Source of the DNA: Lachnospiraceae bacterium
Lineage (GTDB): Bacteria > Bacillota_I > Bacilli_A > RFN20 > CAG-826
Direction of reading: 5' to 3'
Assembly (NCBI GenBank): GCA_963657245.1
Contig: CAVKLJ010000002.1
Coordinates: 59,801 to 123,800, forward strand
Length of the DNA stretch: 64,000 nucleotides
Positions 8,993 to 19,574 of this stretch are shown one piece after another (the stretch's first letter is position 1; each line of letters starts with the position of its first letter). A program made the position numbers and the translations under genes. The notes under the pieces were generated by a model, which was not told where the DNA came from, searched no databases, and was given only the letters and a program-made list of their open reading frames with translations.

Positions 8993-9889
8993 ATGGAAGA
9001 AATAAGAAAAGAAAATGAGACATTAGAGTCTATCGATTTAAAGAAAATCGAAAAAAGAGAAAAACGTAAAAAATCCCGTGTAAGAGAGATTATACGTTTC
9101 ATCATCACCGGCTTAATCGCCACAGCCATTGACGCGGTTGTTTTCTTCGTTTTAATGAAATATGTTTTTAACGGCCTTGCTACACAAGGTGGAGATGGCG
9201 GCTGGGGAGGATATGTTGCTTGGGGCGTTTCCACAACAATTTCTTTCTTCGTCTCATGCGTCGTTAATTTCTTTATTTCCCGTCTTTGGGTTTATCAAAA
9301 CGTTGATAAGAACATCAACACCAAAACTCAAAAGGCTTTCTGGAGTTATGTTGGTCTTGCTGCCTTTGGCTGGTTAATTGGCCTTGCCGTTCAAGAAGGT
9401 GGAGTTGTACTTTGTAACTTCCTTTGGCCAGAACTAAAACTTTCCACAGACTTCGTTAAGGTTTCCTGGAGCGATTTATGGAATGAAGCAGGATTAGCTT
9501 TCTGGGCTTTTGCCACAATCTTTGTTGTTAAAACTTGCGTCACACTTATCTATAACTACCTAACAAGAAAGAACCTTATCTTCAAGGCTCCTAAGAAAGA
9601 AAATGAAGGCTTTGGTAAACCAGACGCTGATAAAACCATGGTTGTCACGATGGTTCCTCAACAAGAAAGCCAAGGAAAGAAGAAAAAAGGCAAAGGCAAC
9701 AAAGAAGAGCCTAAGCCAGTTAAGAGCAATCTTACGACTGCATCATCATTCAAGAAGATCTTCCATGAGGAAGTTCAAACCTCTCTTGGAGATGGGCAAA
9801 AACGTGTTTCTTCTCTTGATGCGACAAAAATCGTTCGTGAAGAAATCGATAGATATAACGAAATCCACGGAAGAAGCAAAGGCAACTAG
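8993..9889 (+). CDS. GtrA-family membrane protein with a C-terminal Lys-rich disordered tail
   Basis: Four-TM GtrA-like core (RFIITGLIATAIDAVVFFVLMKYVF ... NFFISRLWVY) followed by a roughly 100-aa hydrophilic tail (GKKKKGKGNKEEPKP). Confidence 0.5.
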   Translation: MEEIRKENETLESIDLKKIEKREKRKKSRVREIIRFIITGLIATAIDAVVFFVLMKYVFNGLATQGGDGGWGGYVAWGVSTTISFFVSCVVNFFISRLWVYQNVDKNINTKTQKAFWSYVGLAAFGWLIGLAVQEGGVVLCNFLWPELKLSTDFVKVSWSDLWNEAGLAFWAFATIFVVKTCVTLIYNYLTRKNLIFKAPKKENEGFGKPDADKTMVVTMVPQQESQGKKKKGKGNKEEPKPVKSNLTTASSFKKIFHEEVQTSLGDGQKRVSSLDATKIVREEIDRYNEIHGRSKGN

Positions 9890-9939
9890 AAATAGTGCCT
9901 TTTTGCTAAATATTTTTGAAAAATAAGTAGGTTTTAGCG

Positions 9940-11085
9940 ATGAATATTGCAATTATTGGTTCAGGACCTGCTGGTTTATATTCCTCAATCATTCTCAAAA
10001 AAGAACATCCTTCATATGAGATATACGTTTTTGAGAAAGAAGAGAAATTAGCCAAGAAACTTTATGCGACAGGCAATGGACATTGCAATCTTTTAAACAA
10101 GAAACTCTTGCCAAATAGATTTAACAATCCGAATTTCCTAAAGACCGTTTTAAGAGATTTCCCATATCCAGAGTTAAAGAAAGAATTAAACAATCTAGGC
10201 GTCGCCTTATATGAAGACGGAGACTATGTTTATCCTCTCTCTTTTCATGCTGGAAGCTATATTAAGTATCTACTCACTCTTGCAACATCATTAGGTGTTA
10301 AATTCCAAAATGTTACAAAAATATCCGATTATCAAAAAGATAATGATGGATATAAGATTGGCAACTTTGGACATTTTGATGCCGTGCTTATTGCTACAGG
10401 AGGAAAATCTTCTCCAAATTTAGGCTCAGATGGCTCATTTTTTGAAACATTAAAGAAACATGGTTACAAGATAAATGAACTTAGGTCTGGTTTAGCGCCA
10501 ATCAAGGTCAAGCAAAACGTTAAATGTCTCCAAGGTTTTAGACATCATGCCTTAGTTAAAGCAACTCTAGATAACAAACAAATTTTTCTAGAAGAAGGAG
10601 AGGTTTTATTCAAGAAAGATGGACTTTCTGGAATTGTTATTTTCAATGCAGAAAGTACAATCTACCGTAATAAGGTCGTTAAAAATCCTAAAGTTTCCTT
10701 AGATTTATTCCCAGAATATTCTTACTATGCGTTATGTGATCTTTTAAACAATGCAAAGAATCAAAATAAAGATTCTTTCTTATCGACGATTGTTCCTTTG
10801 CCTTTAGAAACTTATTTAAAAGAAGTTTGTAAGAACAAAGACATCTCATCTTTAGCAACAAACCTCAAACATATGAGTTTCGATATTCTCTCTCCATATC
10901 CATTCGAAGATTCTCAAGTTAGCATCGGTGGAGTTGACCTAGGCGAGGTTTCTTCTTTCCTTGAATCTAAAAAAGAAAGAAACGTCTTTTTCCTAGGTGA
11001 AGTCCTAGATATTGATGGCAATTGTGGGGGATTCAATCTCTCCTGGGCTCTAATAAGTGCATTATTAGTGAGCAAACGACTTTAA
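9940..11085 (+). CDS. HI0933/BaiN-family NAD(P)/FAD-dependent flavoprotein
   Basis: N-terminal Rossmann motif IAIIGSGPAGLY, then GNGHCNLLN, which matches the GGGRCNxTN motif of the HI0933 family. Confidence 0.6.
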   Translation: MNIAIIGSGPAGLYSSIILKKEHPSYEIYVFEKEEKLAKKLYATGNGHCNLLNKKLLPNRFNNPNFLKTVLRDFPYPELKKELNNLGVALYEDGDYVYPLSFHAGSYIKYLLTLATSLGVKFQNVTKISDYQKDNDGYKIGNFGHFDAVLIATGGKSSPNLGSDGSFFETLKKHGYKINELRSGLAPIKVKQNVKCLQGFRHHALVKATLDNKQIFLEEGEVLFKKDGLSGIVIFNAESTIYRNKVVKNPKVSLDLFPEYSYYALCDLLNNAKNQNKDSFLSTIVPLPLETYLKEVCKNKDISSLATNLKHMSFDILSPYPFEDSQVSIGGVDLGEVSSFLESKKERNVFFLGEVLDIDGNCGGFNLSWALISALLVSKRL

Positions 11086-11101
11086 ATTAGCGAAAAATCA
11101 T

Positions 11102-11130
11102 TTGACTATCTATCATAGATAGACTTAAAT
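11102..11130 (+). promoter_or_regulatory. promoter TTGACT-17 nt-TTAAAT with a 17-bp operator palindrome CTATCTAT-c-ATAGATAG (11106-11122) in the spacer
   Basis: Perfect 8-bp inverted repeat overlapping the -35 and spacer, upstream of the membrane-protein gene. Confidence 0.4.
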
Positions 11131-11188
11131 TTATACGTTGTAACCAAGTGATCTTTTGTATGCTTGTTTACCTTCTGTGAGGTGCTTT

Positions 11189-12157
11189 ATGAAATATACG
11201 TCAACATCTAGAACGTTATCTCTCATGGCTCATGCCCTTATTTTCTTGGCATTTGGCTTTATGGGAATTTGGTTTGGTTTCTTTGTCGTTCCACAATATT
11301 TAGGCGGAACACCAGACTATTTCTATCGTGATTCTGGTCTTAGCTTCAATACCAACGGATCATTCTTCCTTTGGTTTGAATTAGCTGTTGTTGGCTTGGT
11401 CTTTATGGTCATTTCAACATTAGGATTCATCGATGCTTTAAAGGCTATTCAAAATCCTCATGATGATGAACCAGCAGTTCGTTCCTTCTCCGCTTTAATT
11501 TGCGAGGGTTGGATTGCTGCAATCTTCTTCTTGCTTCAAGCTTGCCTTTTATGGGATTTAACAGCTAACGGTAACTTAGTCTTCGTTATCGTTATGGCAT
11601 TATTAATTTCTATCGTTCTCTTAATTGCTACAAATATTCCAATGGTTAAGATCTTCGATCAAAGAGATCAAACTCCATTACTTTGTGATTTTATTGGAAG
11701 TGCCGCTCTTACTTGCTTAGTCGTTGGCGTTGAAGCTGCTCTTGCCTTAATTGGCGCAGCCACCTGGGCCAACCAAAGAGTTCAAGTTTCCCATCTTCTT
11801 TACGTCATCATTGTCGTTTCTATTGTTTCTGCTATCCTTGCCTTCGTCGGTTGGTTACGTTTAAAGAAAGAAAAGAGCGATAAATCCTTAAAGTTCGCCT
11901 CATTCATGAGTGCTGGCGCAATCGCCGTAACTGGTGCTGGCTTATTAATCTATGGCATCATGGATATTGTCTATCAATATGCTCCAGGTTCAACAAGTGT
12001 TGCTCTTCCAGTTCACTTATATATGAAAGACCTCTCCTTTGATCTTGGCTTTGGCATCATGGCCATTGTCTTAGGCTCCCTCCTTCTTATTGGTGCCTTC
12101 GCAGTCGCATACTTTGCCAATAACGATTCCATCAAAGGAAAGAAATTCGATTATTAA
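11189..12157 (+). CDS. polytopic membrane protein, function unknown
   Basis: Multiple hydrophobic helices. I prefer the ATG at 11189 (MKYTSTSR) with the GAGGTG RBS over the ORF-track start at 11156. Confidence 0.45.
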   Translation: MKYTSTSRTLSLMAHALIFLAFGFMGIWFGFFVVPQYLGGTPDYFYRDSGLSFNTNGSFFLWFELAVVGLVFMVISTLGFIDALKAIQNPHDDEPAVRSFSALICEGWIAAIFFLLQACLLWDLTANGNLVFVIVMALLISIVLLIATNIPMVKIFDQRDQTPLLCDFIGSAALTCLVVGVEAALALIGAATWANQRVQVSHLLYVIIVVSIVSAILAFVGWLRLKKEKSDKSLKFASFMSAGAIAVTGAGLLIYGIMDIVYQYAPGSTSVALPVHLYMKDLSFDLGFGIMAIVLGSLLLIGAFAVAYFANNDSIKGKKFDY

Positions 12158-12175
12158 TTTCTAAAACAAAAAAAT

Positions 12176-12203
12176 AAGAGCTCATTGAATTGGGCTCTTT
12201 TTT
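12176..12203. terminator. bidirectional terminator between convergent genes
   Basis: AAGAGCTC-loop-GGGCTCTT followed by TTTTTT. It overlaps the stop codon of the minus-strand kinase gene. Confidence 0.55.
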
Positions 12204-12699
12204 AGTTCTTATTGAATTGTTTCTTTGCTTCGCTAGAAATCTCTCTAATGTATTGGATTTCATCATACATTTCTTCGATTTCTTTTGAAGGAGCCTCATA
12301 TTCTTTTCTAAGTTTCTCCATCGCTTCAAGAGGAACTTTTCTCTCTCTTAATGAGTTTTGGTAGAGAGACACTTCATAAGGAATATCAAAAATGACGAGG
12401 ATATGGCGATCAAAATTAGGTGTTAAATCAAAATAGACTTTTCTTAAGCGGTTGCTTAGATGGGTCGCATCAGCAATAACTGTTAAATCATCCATATCAT
12501 TAACATGCTCATTCAAACGTTGTTCAAATGTTTTCCAAACTAGCCTTTCATTAACAAAACAACTTTCTGAACCAAAAAGTTCTTTTCTTATTGAATCACT
12601 AGAAACAATGAAAACATTATTATGTTCCGCTTTATATTTATTCGCCCAAGTAGACTTACCACTTCCAGGAATGGCAGATAAGAGAATCAGGGTTCGCAT
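12202..12699 (-). CDS. P-loop NTPase or kinase (AAA_33 / polynucleotide-kinase-like)
   Basis: Walker A LLSAIPGSGKSTWA near the N-terminus. Small 165-aa stand-alone protein; substrate unknown. Confidence 0.5.
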   Translation of the reverse strand: MRTLILLSAIPGSGKSTWANKYKAEHNNVFIVSSDSIRKELFGSESCFVNERLVWKTFEQRLNEHVNDMDDLTVIADATHLSNRLRKVYFDLTPNFDRHILVIFDIPYEVSLYQNSLRERKVPLEAMEKLRKEYEAPSKEIEEMYDEIQYIREISSEAKKQFNKN

Positions 12700-12779
12700 A
12701 ACGATAATTAGTTTAGTGGTTTTCTTTACAAAGTTAAATGAATTCTTAAATCTTCGGATAAAAGATTTAGAATATATCC

Positions 12780-14000
12780 ATGAAGTCTATTAGCAAGTTA
12801 TTCCGTTATGGCCCAGGACCATCATCCTCACACACAATTGCCCCATCGAATGCGGCATTTGCCTTCAAAGAACTATTGGTTGATTTGCCTGTAAGCAAGA
12901 TCGTTGTTACTTTATTTGGCTCTTTGTCTTTTACTGCCGTAGGGCACCATAGCGATCTTGCGATAATCAAAGCATTATCCCCATACAAAGTCGAAATAAA
13001 GTTAGATCATATAACAGAAGTTGAACATCCCTTAACGATGGCTTTTGCAGCATATGATCAAGATAAGAAAATCTTAGAGAAACATTACGCTTCGCTTGGC
13101 GGGGGAGAAATAACCTCACCCGATGATCAACGAGTCATAGAAAACGATATCTATCCATTTAGAAACTTTGAAGAAATCAAAGAATATATGAAGAAAAACA
13201 ATCTTTCTTCACTAAAAGAATTTGCATTAAGATTTGAAGATCCATCCATAATTCAATATCTTTCCTTAACCTTAGATAGAATGTTTTATTCAATTGAGAA
13301 CGGATTAAAGAAAGATTCTTTGATTCCGGCAAACAATAATCCACGTCTGGTGTGGAAAAGAGTTGCGGGCAAAATAAACGATGAAGCAAATAAAATCCCT
13401 GATCTCGAAGCAAAACGAGAGATGTTACTTACTTCCTATGCTTATGCAGTTGGAGAATCCTCTGCTTCAGGAGAAGAAGTAATTACCTCCCCAACGTGTG
13501 GTTCTAGTGGGGTTTTACCGGCGATTCTTTATTATGAATATAAAAATGATGGGGTTAGCAAAGATAAATTAGTGGATGCCTTATTTGTTGCGGGTATATT
13601 TGGCAATATCGTTAAGCAAAATGCGTCTATTGCTGGAGCTATAGGTGGTTGTCAGGCAGAGATAGGAACTGCATCAAGTATGGCTGCAGCCGCTCTTTGC
13701 TATATAAAAGGTCTTTCTTTATTTGCTCAAGAATATGCCGCAGAATGTGCTATGGAACATTTCCTTGGCCTTTCTTGCGATCCAGTTGATGGCTATGTAA
13801 TTATCCCTTGCATCGAACGTAATGGCATGGGCGTACTTCGTTCATACGATTCTTATTTATATGCTAGATATGTTGCGCCTATTCGTAAGAATGAAGTGTC
13901 TTTTGATAACGTTGTTTCAGCGATGAAACTAACTGGAGATGCTCTCGAAGAAGCATATAAAGAAACTGCTTTAGGCGGTTTGGCGAAGATTTTAAAGTAG
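12780..14000 (+). CDS. sdaA: L-serine dehydratase, single-chain Fe-S type
   Basis: N-terminal GPGPSSSHT motif, SLSFTAVGHHSDLAI, and C-terminal GGCQAEIGTASSMAAA. Each matches the SdaA/SdaAA signature. Confidence 0.7.
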   Translation: MKSISKLFRYGPGPSSSHTIAPSNAAFAFKELLVDLPVSKIVVTLFGSLSFTAVGHHSDLAIIKALSPYKVEIKLDHITEVEHPLTMAFAAYDQDKKILEKHYASLGGGEITSPDDQRVIENDIYPFRNFEEIKEYMKKNNLSSLKEFALRFEDPSIIQYLSLTLDRMFYSIENGLKKDSLIPANNNPRLVWKRVAGKINDEANKIPDLEAKREMLLTSYAYAVGESSASGEEVITSPTCGSSGVLPAILYYEYKNDGVSKDKLVDALFVAGIFGNIVKQNASIAGAIGGCQAEIGTASSMAAAALCYIKGLSLFAQEYAAECAMEHFLGLSCDPVDGYVIIPCIERNGMGVLRSYDSYLYARYVAPIRKNEVSFDNVVSAMKLTGDALEEAYKETALGGLAKILK

Positions 14001-14049
14001 TATCTATTCTTTTAAAGTAGTGGAGACCACCCTCTTTTTGATATATACT

Positions 14050-14100
14050 TCCTCCTAGCGTGTTCTATCCTCTGAACCACGCCTAAAAAACAAGGAGGTC
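14050..14100 (+). ncRNA. candidate preQ1-sensing riboswitch or SD-sequestering leader of the queT operon
   Basis: Hairpin GCGUG(14058-62)/CACGC(14078-82) with a U/C-rich 15-nt loop that starts UUCUA. An A-rich tail CUAAAAAACAAGGAGG ends in the SD sequence. The loop CCUC and the upstream CCUCC (14051-55) are both complementary to the SD GGAGG (14094-98). The position is immediately 5' of queT. Confidence 0.4.
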
Positions 14101-14106
14101 AAGATC

Positions 14107-14715
14107 ATGACCAATAATGATCAAAACGAAGTCTTTTCAAAGACCCCATCTGAGGAGGGAAATCCTCAAGAAAAAAAGAAGAGCAAAAGACATATCGATA
14201 CGCATATGTTGATAATCTACATCACGCAAAACGCTCTTGTCGCAGCGGTGTATTTTGTCTTAACTTCTTTTACCCAACCAATTTCCTTTGGGATGTTTCA
14301 AATGAGAATTGCCGAAGCACTTGGTTTACTCTGCTTCTGGCGTCCAGACTTTGCTATTGGAATGACAATCGGATGCTTATTATCTAACGTCTATTCATTC
14401 TCTCCATGGGACATGTTATTCGGTAGCTTAGCAACTCTCGTCTCTTGCTTATTAATCAGCTACGCTTCAAGATGGCTTTGGATGGCAATTATCTATCCAG
14501 TCGTCATCAATGGACTTGTCGTTGGAGCAGAACTTACTTGGATATTCATGAGTCCATCAGGCACAGTTACTGATTTTGCAATCCAAGGAGGATGGGTTGC
14601 TCTTGGAGAACTTGGCGCGATGTGCATCGGCTACGCCATTTGGATGATTATTTGTAGGCTCAAAGTCTTTGATAAGGTTTTCAAACCAATATTGCACGCA
14701 AAAGTAAAATTCTAA
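14107..14715 (+). CDS. queT: queuosine precursor transporter QueT (COG4708/DUF988 membrane protein)
   Basis: Small polytopic membrane protein that is the first gene of the tgt-queA-queH operon, with RBS AAGGAGG. The architecture is typical of preQ1/queuine salvage. Confidence 0.55.
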   Translation: MTNNDQNEVFSKTPSEEGNPQEKKKSKRHIDTHMLIIYITQNALVAAVYFVLTSFTQPISFGMFQMRIAEALGLLCFWRPDFAIGMTIGCLLSNVYSFSPWDMLFGSLATLVSCLLISYASRWLWMAIIYPVVINGLVVGAELTWIFMSPSGTVTDFAIQGGWVALGELGAMCIGYAIWMIICRLKVFDKVFKPILHAKVKF

Positions 14716-14746
14716 GAGTTTTGAAAAATACTCTTAATCGATATAA

Positions 14747-15888
<1,142 letters not shown>

Positions 15889-15889
<1 letters not shown>

Positions 15890-16947
15890 TGGATATAAAT
15901 TTATTTGATTACGAATTACCAGAGAGACTTATCGCTCAATCTCCAAAAGAGAAGAGAGATACATGCAAACTTATGGTCATTGACCGTGAGCATAAAACTT
16001 TTGAGCATAAGATCTTTCACGATATCATCGATTATCTAAAACCAGGGGACGTGCTTGTAAGAAATAACACCAAAGTTATCCCTGCACGTTTATTAGGTAC
16101 AAAGGTTGAAACAAAAGGAGCAGTAGAAGTTCTTCTTTTGAAACAATTAGAAAACGATACTTGGGAATGCTTAGTTGGCAATGCTAAATCCGTAAAGGTT
16201 GGCTCACATTGCTCTTTTGGTAATGGCGAGTTAACTTGCGAATGCATAGGCGTCAAAGACGAAGGCATCCGTGATATGAAGTTCTCGTATAAAGGAATCT
16301 TCATGGAGGTATTAGAAGAGTTAGGACAAATGCCTCTCCCTCCATATATTAAGAAACAATGCGCGAATAACGACGATTATCAAACGGTATATGCTAAGGT
16401 TCCTGGATCAGCTGCCGCTCCAACGGCAGGCTTCCATTTCACAAAAGAACTTTTCGAAGAAATCAAAGCCAAAGGAATAACTGTTGAAGATATCACCTTG
16501 AACATCGGTTTAGGTACTTTCCGTCCAGTTAAGGTTCAAGACACAAAAGACCACATCATGCATTCCGAAGTCATTGAAATGTCGGAAGAGGTGGCATCAC
16601 GCTTAAACCAAGCCAAAAAAGAAGGAAGACGTATCATTGCAATAGGTACGACCTCGATAAGAACATTAGAGAGCATCTATGCCAAATATGGCGAATTCAA
16701 AGCCACAAGAGAACCAACAAGACTTTATATTGAGCCAGGCTATAAATATCAAGCTGTTGACGCCATAATCACTAACTTCCATTTACCAAAATCAACATTG
16801 GTTGAACTTGTTGCTGCTTTCACTGGCAGAAGTTTCATTCTTTCTTGTTATAAAGAGGCGGTCAAAGAAGAATATCGTTTCTTCTCATTTGGCGATGCAA
16901 TGTTTATATATGGGGATAATTTCGATTATTCCAAGGCAATGGAATGA
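15889..16947 (+). CDS. queA: S-adenosylmethionine:tRNA ribosyltransferase-isomerase
   Basis: MDINLFDYELPERLIAQSP N-terminus. The start overlaps the tgt stop. Confidence 0.9.
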
Positions 16948-17570
16948 AATCACACATCAACCAGCATAACTACTACCTAGAGAGTTTAGAGGAAATCAAA
17001 AAGTTTTCCTCTTTAGATAAGAAACCAACCTTACTTCTGCATGATTGCTGCGGCCCATGCGCTTGTTTTCCTTTGCTTTTCCTTTGCAAATATTTTGACG
17101 TGACCATTTATTTTACGAACTCAAATATCTATCCTGAAGCAGAGTTCGACAAACGCCTAGGAGAAGTTAAAAAACTCATTGAATATCTCAAAGATAAGTG
17201 GGGGTATGAAGTTAAACTAATCGTTTCTCCATATGATCATGAAAAATATATGGAAGATTTAAGACCTTTTTCTTCTTTGCCCGAATGCGGATATCGTTGT
17301 GAGCTTTGTTACCGTAAAAGAATGGAAGAAACCTTTAATTATGCAGACGAGCATAATTTCGACTATATGTGCACTGTAATGACCATATCTAGGCAAAAAT
17401 CATCAAGAATTCTCAATATGATAGGGGAAGAGTTATCAACCCACCATAAAACGAAGTACTTTTTCTCCGATTTCAAAAAAGATAACGGCATAAATAAAGG
17501 CGTTGCTTTACGAAATGAGATCGGTCTTTATTGTCAGAACTATTGTGGGTGTGAATATAGCCTCCGATAA
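16944..17570 (+). CDS. queH: epoxyqueuosine reductase QueH (DUF208)
   Basis: LLLHDCCGPCA plus further Cys clusters (CGYRCELC, CQNYCGCE). Overlaps queA by 4 nt. Confidence 0.7.
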   Translation: MKSHINQHNYYLESLEEIKKFSSLDKKPTLLLHDCCGPCACFPLLFLCKYFDVTIYFTNSNIYPEAEFDKRLGEVKKLIEYLKDKWGYEVKLIVSPYDHEKYMEDLRPFSSLPECGYRCELCYRKRMEETFNYADEHNFDYMCTVMTISRQKSSRILNMIGEELSTHHKTKYFFSDFKKDNGINKGVALRNEIGLYCQNYCGCEYSLR

Positions 17571-17764
17571 GGGGCTTTTTCTTTAAAAACTGCATTTTAA
17601 AAGGCTGAAAATATCAAAAATCTATCAATAATTGTTTCATTATTTTGTGCATTGTGCATAAATTTTTATCAGTATTTTTTGCCTAATTTTTTAAAAAATT
17701 CGATAAATAGTGGATTTTTTCCAAAACAATAGATACCACCTACATTTTTTGTTAACGAAAGTTG

Positions 17765-17793
17765 TTGACTACATACACGCGTAGGGGGATAAT
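17765..17793 (+). promoter_or_regulatory. S10 operon promoter (TTGACT-17 nt-GATAAT)
   Basis: Good sigma-A consensus about 130 nt upstream of rpsJ. The long leader (17794-17923) is GC-richer and probably structured. Confidence 0.55.
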
Positions 17794-17923
17794 TTCAAAC
17801 GCTAGCGCAAGCGATGAAGTGCGATGTTGCTGACACACCGAGACACGTTGTAGTGTAACGGCTTAGTCAGGGAACTCGCATCGAGCTTATGCGGCAAGCC
17901 TGATGAAACAAGGAGGAAAAATC

Positions 17924-18238
17924 ATGGCGAAACAACAAGTCCTGCGCATTAGATTGCAGGCTTACGACCACAAGATTATCGACGTTGCAGCCGAGAAGAT
18001 TGTTGAAGTCGCAGATAAGACCGGCGCCAAAGTTATTGGCCCAGTGCCTCTCCCAACAGAGAAGCAAGTGTACACGATCTTAAGAGCTACCTTCAAATAT
18101 AAGGATAGCCGTGAACAATTCGAGATCCGTACCCACAAGAGATTGATTGATATCGTCAATCCAACAAAAGAAACAGTCGAAGCCATCCGTAAGCTTGACT
18201 TACCAAATGGCGTTGACATCGATGTCACCGCGAAGTAA
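17924..18238 (+). CDS. rpsJ: 30S ribosomal protein S10
   Basis: [21 protein letters not shown] with RBS AGGAGG. The ORF-track start at 17903 is too far upstream. Confidence 0.95.
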   Translation: MAKQQVLRIRLQAYDHKIIDVAAEKIVEVADKTGAKVIGPVPLPTEKQVYTILRATFKYKDSREQFEIRTHKRLIDIVNPTKETVEAIRKLDLPNGVDIDVTAK

Positions 18239-18252
18239 GGAGGTAAACATTC

Positions 18253-18936
18253 ATGAAATCCATTATCGGAAGAAAAATTGGAATGACCGAAGTCTTCGCA
18301 ACTGACGGAACAATGTATCCAGTCACTGTCATCGAGGTTCTTCCAAACGTTGTCGTTGCAAAGAGAACGACAGAGAAAGATGGCTATGAAGCATTACAAG
18401 TTGGCTATGAACCAACAGCAGAGCGCCATCTCAATAAATGCGAATTAGGCGTTTATAAGAAAGCTAACGTTGAAACACATGCCCACTTATTTGAATTAAA
18501 GGGCGACGAAATCTATGGAAAGAACGTTGGCGAGACACTCACAGCTGATTTATTCCAAGCTGGTGAAGTTGTCGACGTAATCGGTACAACCAAAGGTCAT
18601 GGTTATACTGGCACAATCAAGAGATACCACAACCACATCGGTCCTAAGGGCCATGGATCTGGATATCACAGACAAATCGGTTCTCTTGCAAATAACGGAC
18701 GTGATAACAACCGTGTTATCCCAGGCAAGACCATGTCAGGTCACTGGGCCCCACATCAAGCAACTATCGAAAACATCACAGTTATCGCTAGCAACGCTGA
18801 AAAAGGCTACATCCTTGTCAAAGGCGGAGTTCCTGGACCAAAGAAATCGCTCGTTATGATCAGAAGCGCGATCTTAGCACAATTCGGAAAACCAGAAGTT
18901 AAAGAATTAATTGATCGCAGCAAGAAAGGAGAATAA
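18253..18936 (+). CDS. rplC: 50S ribosomal protein L3
   Basis: Conserved L3 sequence in the S10 operon order. Confidence 0.95.
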   Translation: MKSIIGRKIGMTEVFATDGTMYPVTVIEVLPNVVVAKRTTEKDGYEALQVGYEPTAERHLNKCELGVYKKANVETHAHLFELKGDEIYGKNVGETLTADLFQAGEVVDVIGTTKGHGYTGTIKRYHNHIGPKGHGSGYHRQIGSLANNGRDNNRVIPGKTMSGHWAPHQATIENITVIASNAEKGYILVKGGVPGPKKSLVMIRSAILAQFGKPEVKELIDRSKKGE

Positions 18937-18941
18937 GGATT

Positions 18942-19574
18942 ATGGCAAATAAAGCAATTACTCTCCCAGTCGTTTCCCTAGCAGGCGAAAAGGTCGGCGA
19001 AGTCAAGCTCTCTAACGAAGTCTTCGGCATCACCGAGAAGAATGAACAAGTCGTTCATGATGCTGCTGTTGCTGAATTAGCAAACGCTCGCCAAGCAACT
19101 GCCAAAACAAAGAAACGCCACGAAGTTAGTGGTGGTGGCAAGAAGCCTTGGAGACAAAAAGGAACCGGCCGTGCTCGTGCAGGTTCTAGCCGTTCCCCAA
19201 TCTGGGTTGGCGGCGGAACGGTCTTCGGACCAGATGGAAACCAAAACTACAAGGTTTCCCAAAACAAGAAAGCTCACGCTCTTGCTTTAAGAACAGTTCT
19301 CTCACAAAAAGTTTCTAATGGCTTAATTGTTGTTGATGAACTCTCAGTTAGCAAGATCTCCACAAAGGAAATCAAAGCCAACTTAGCAAACGTCAAAGCT
19401 GAAGGCAAGGTTCTTCTCGTCGCAAGCGATGAGAATGTCGTCAAGAGTGCCAAAAACCTTGATCGCTTAGAGATCCGTGCCGTTAACAACATTAGCGTCT
19501 ATGATGTTCTTAACTGCCACACCATCGTGATTAGCAAGAAAGACATCGAAACCCTTGAAGGAGGACTTAAGTAA
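18942..19574 (+). CDS. rplD: 50S ribosomal protein L4
   Basis: Operon position and KKPWRQKGTGRAR motif. Confidence 0.95.
   Translation: MANKAITLPVVSLAGEKVGEVKLSNEVFGITEKNEQVVHDAAVAELANARQATAKTKKRHEVSGGGKKPWRQKGTGRARAGSSRSPIWVGGGTVFGPDGNQNYKVSQNKKAHALALRTVLSQKVSNGLIVVDELSVSKISTKEIKANLANVKAEGKVLLVASDENVVKSAKNLDRLEIRAVNNISVYDVLNCHTIVISKKDIETLEGGLK

Noticed and set aside
9603-9926. 107-aa ORF in an alternative frame across the 3' end of the gtrA-like gene
   Set aside because: It is a frame-shifted reading of the Lys-rich tail region (a poly-K/R product) with no independent start signals.
12452-12793. 113-aa plus-strand ORF antisense to the P-loop kinase gene
   Set aside because: It overlaps the Walker-A-containing minus-strand gene and the sdaA promoter region, and has no supporting features.
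17571-17760. AT-rich 190-bp gap after queH, inspected for a tRNA or small RNA
   Set aside because: No cloverleaf-compatible sequence or conserved tRNA boxes are visible. It is best explained as a terminator (AGCCTCC..GGGGCT plus T run at 17560-17585) followed by promoter-upstream AT-rich DNA.
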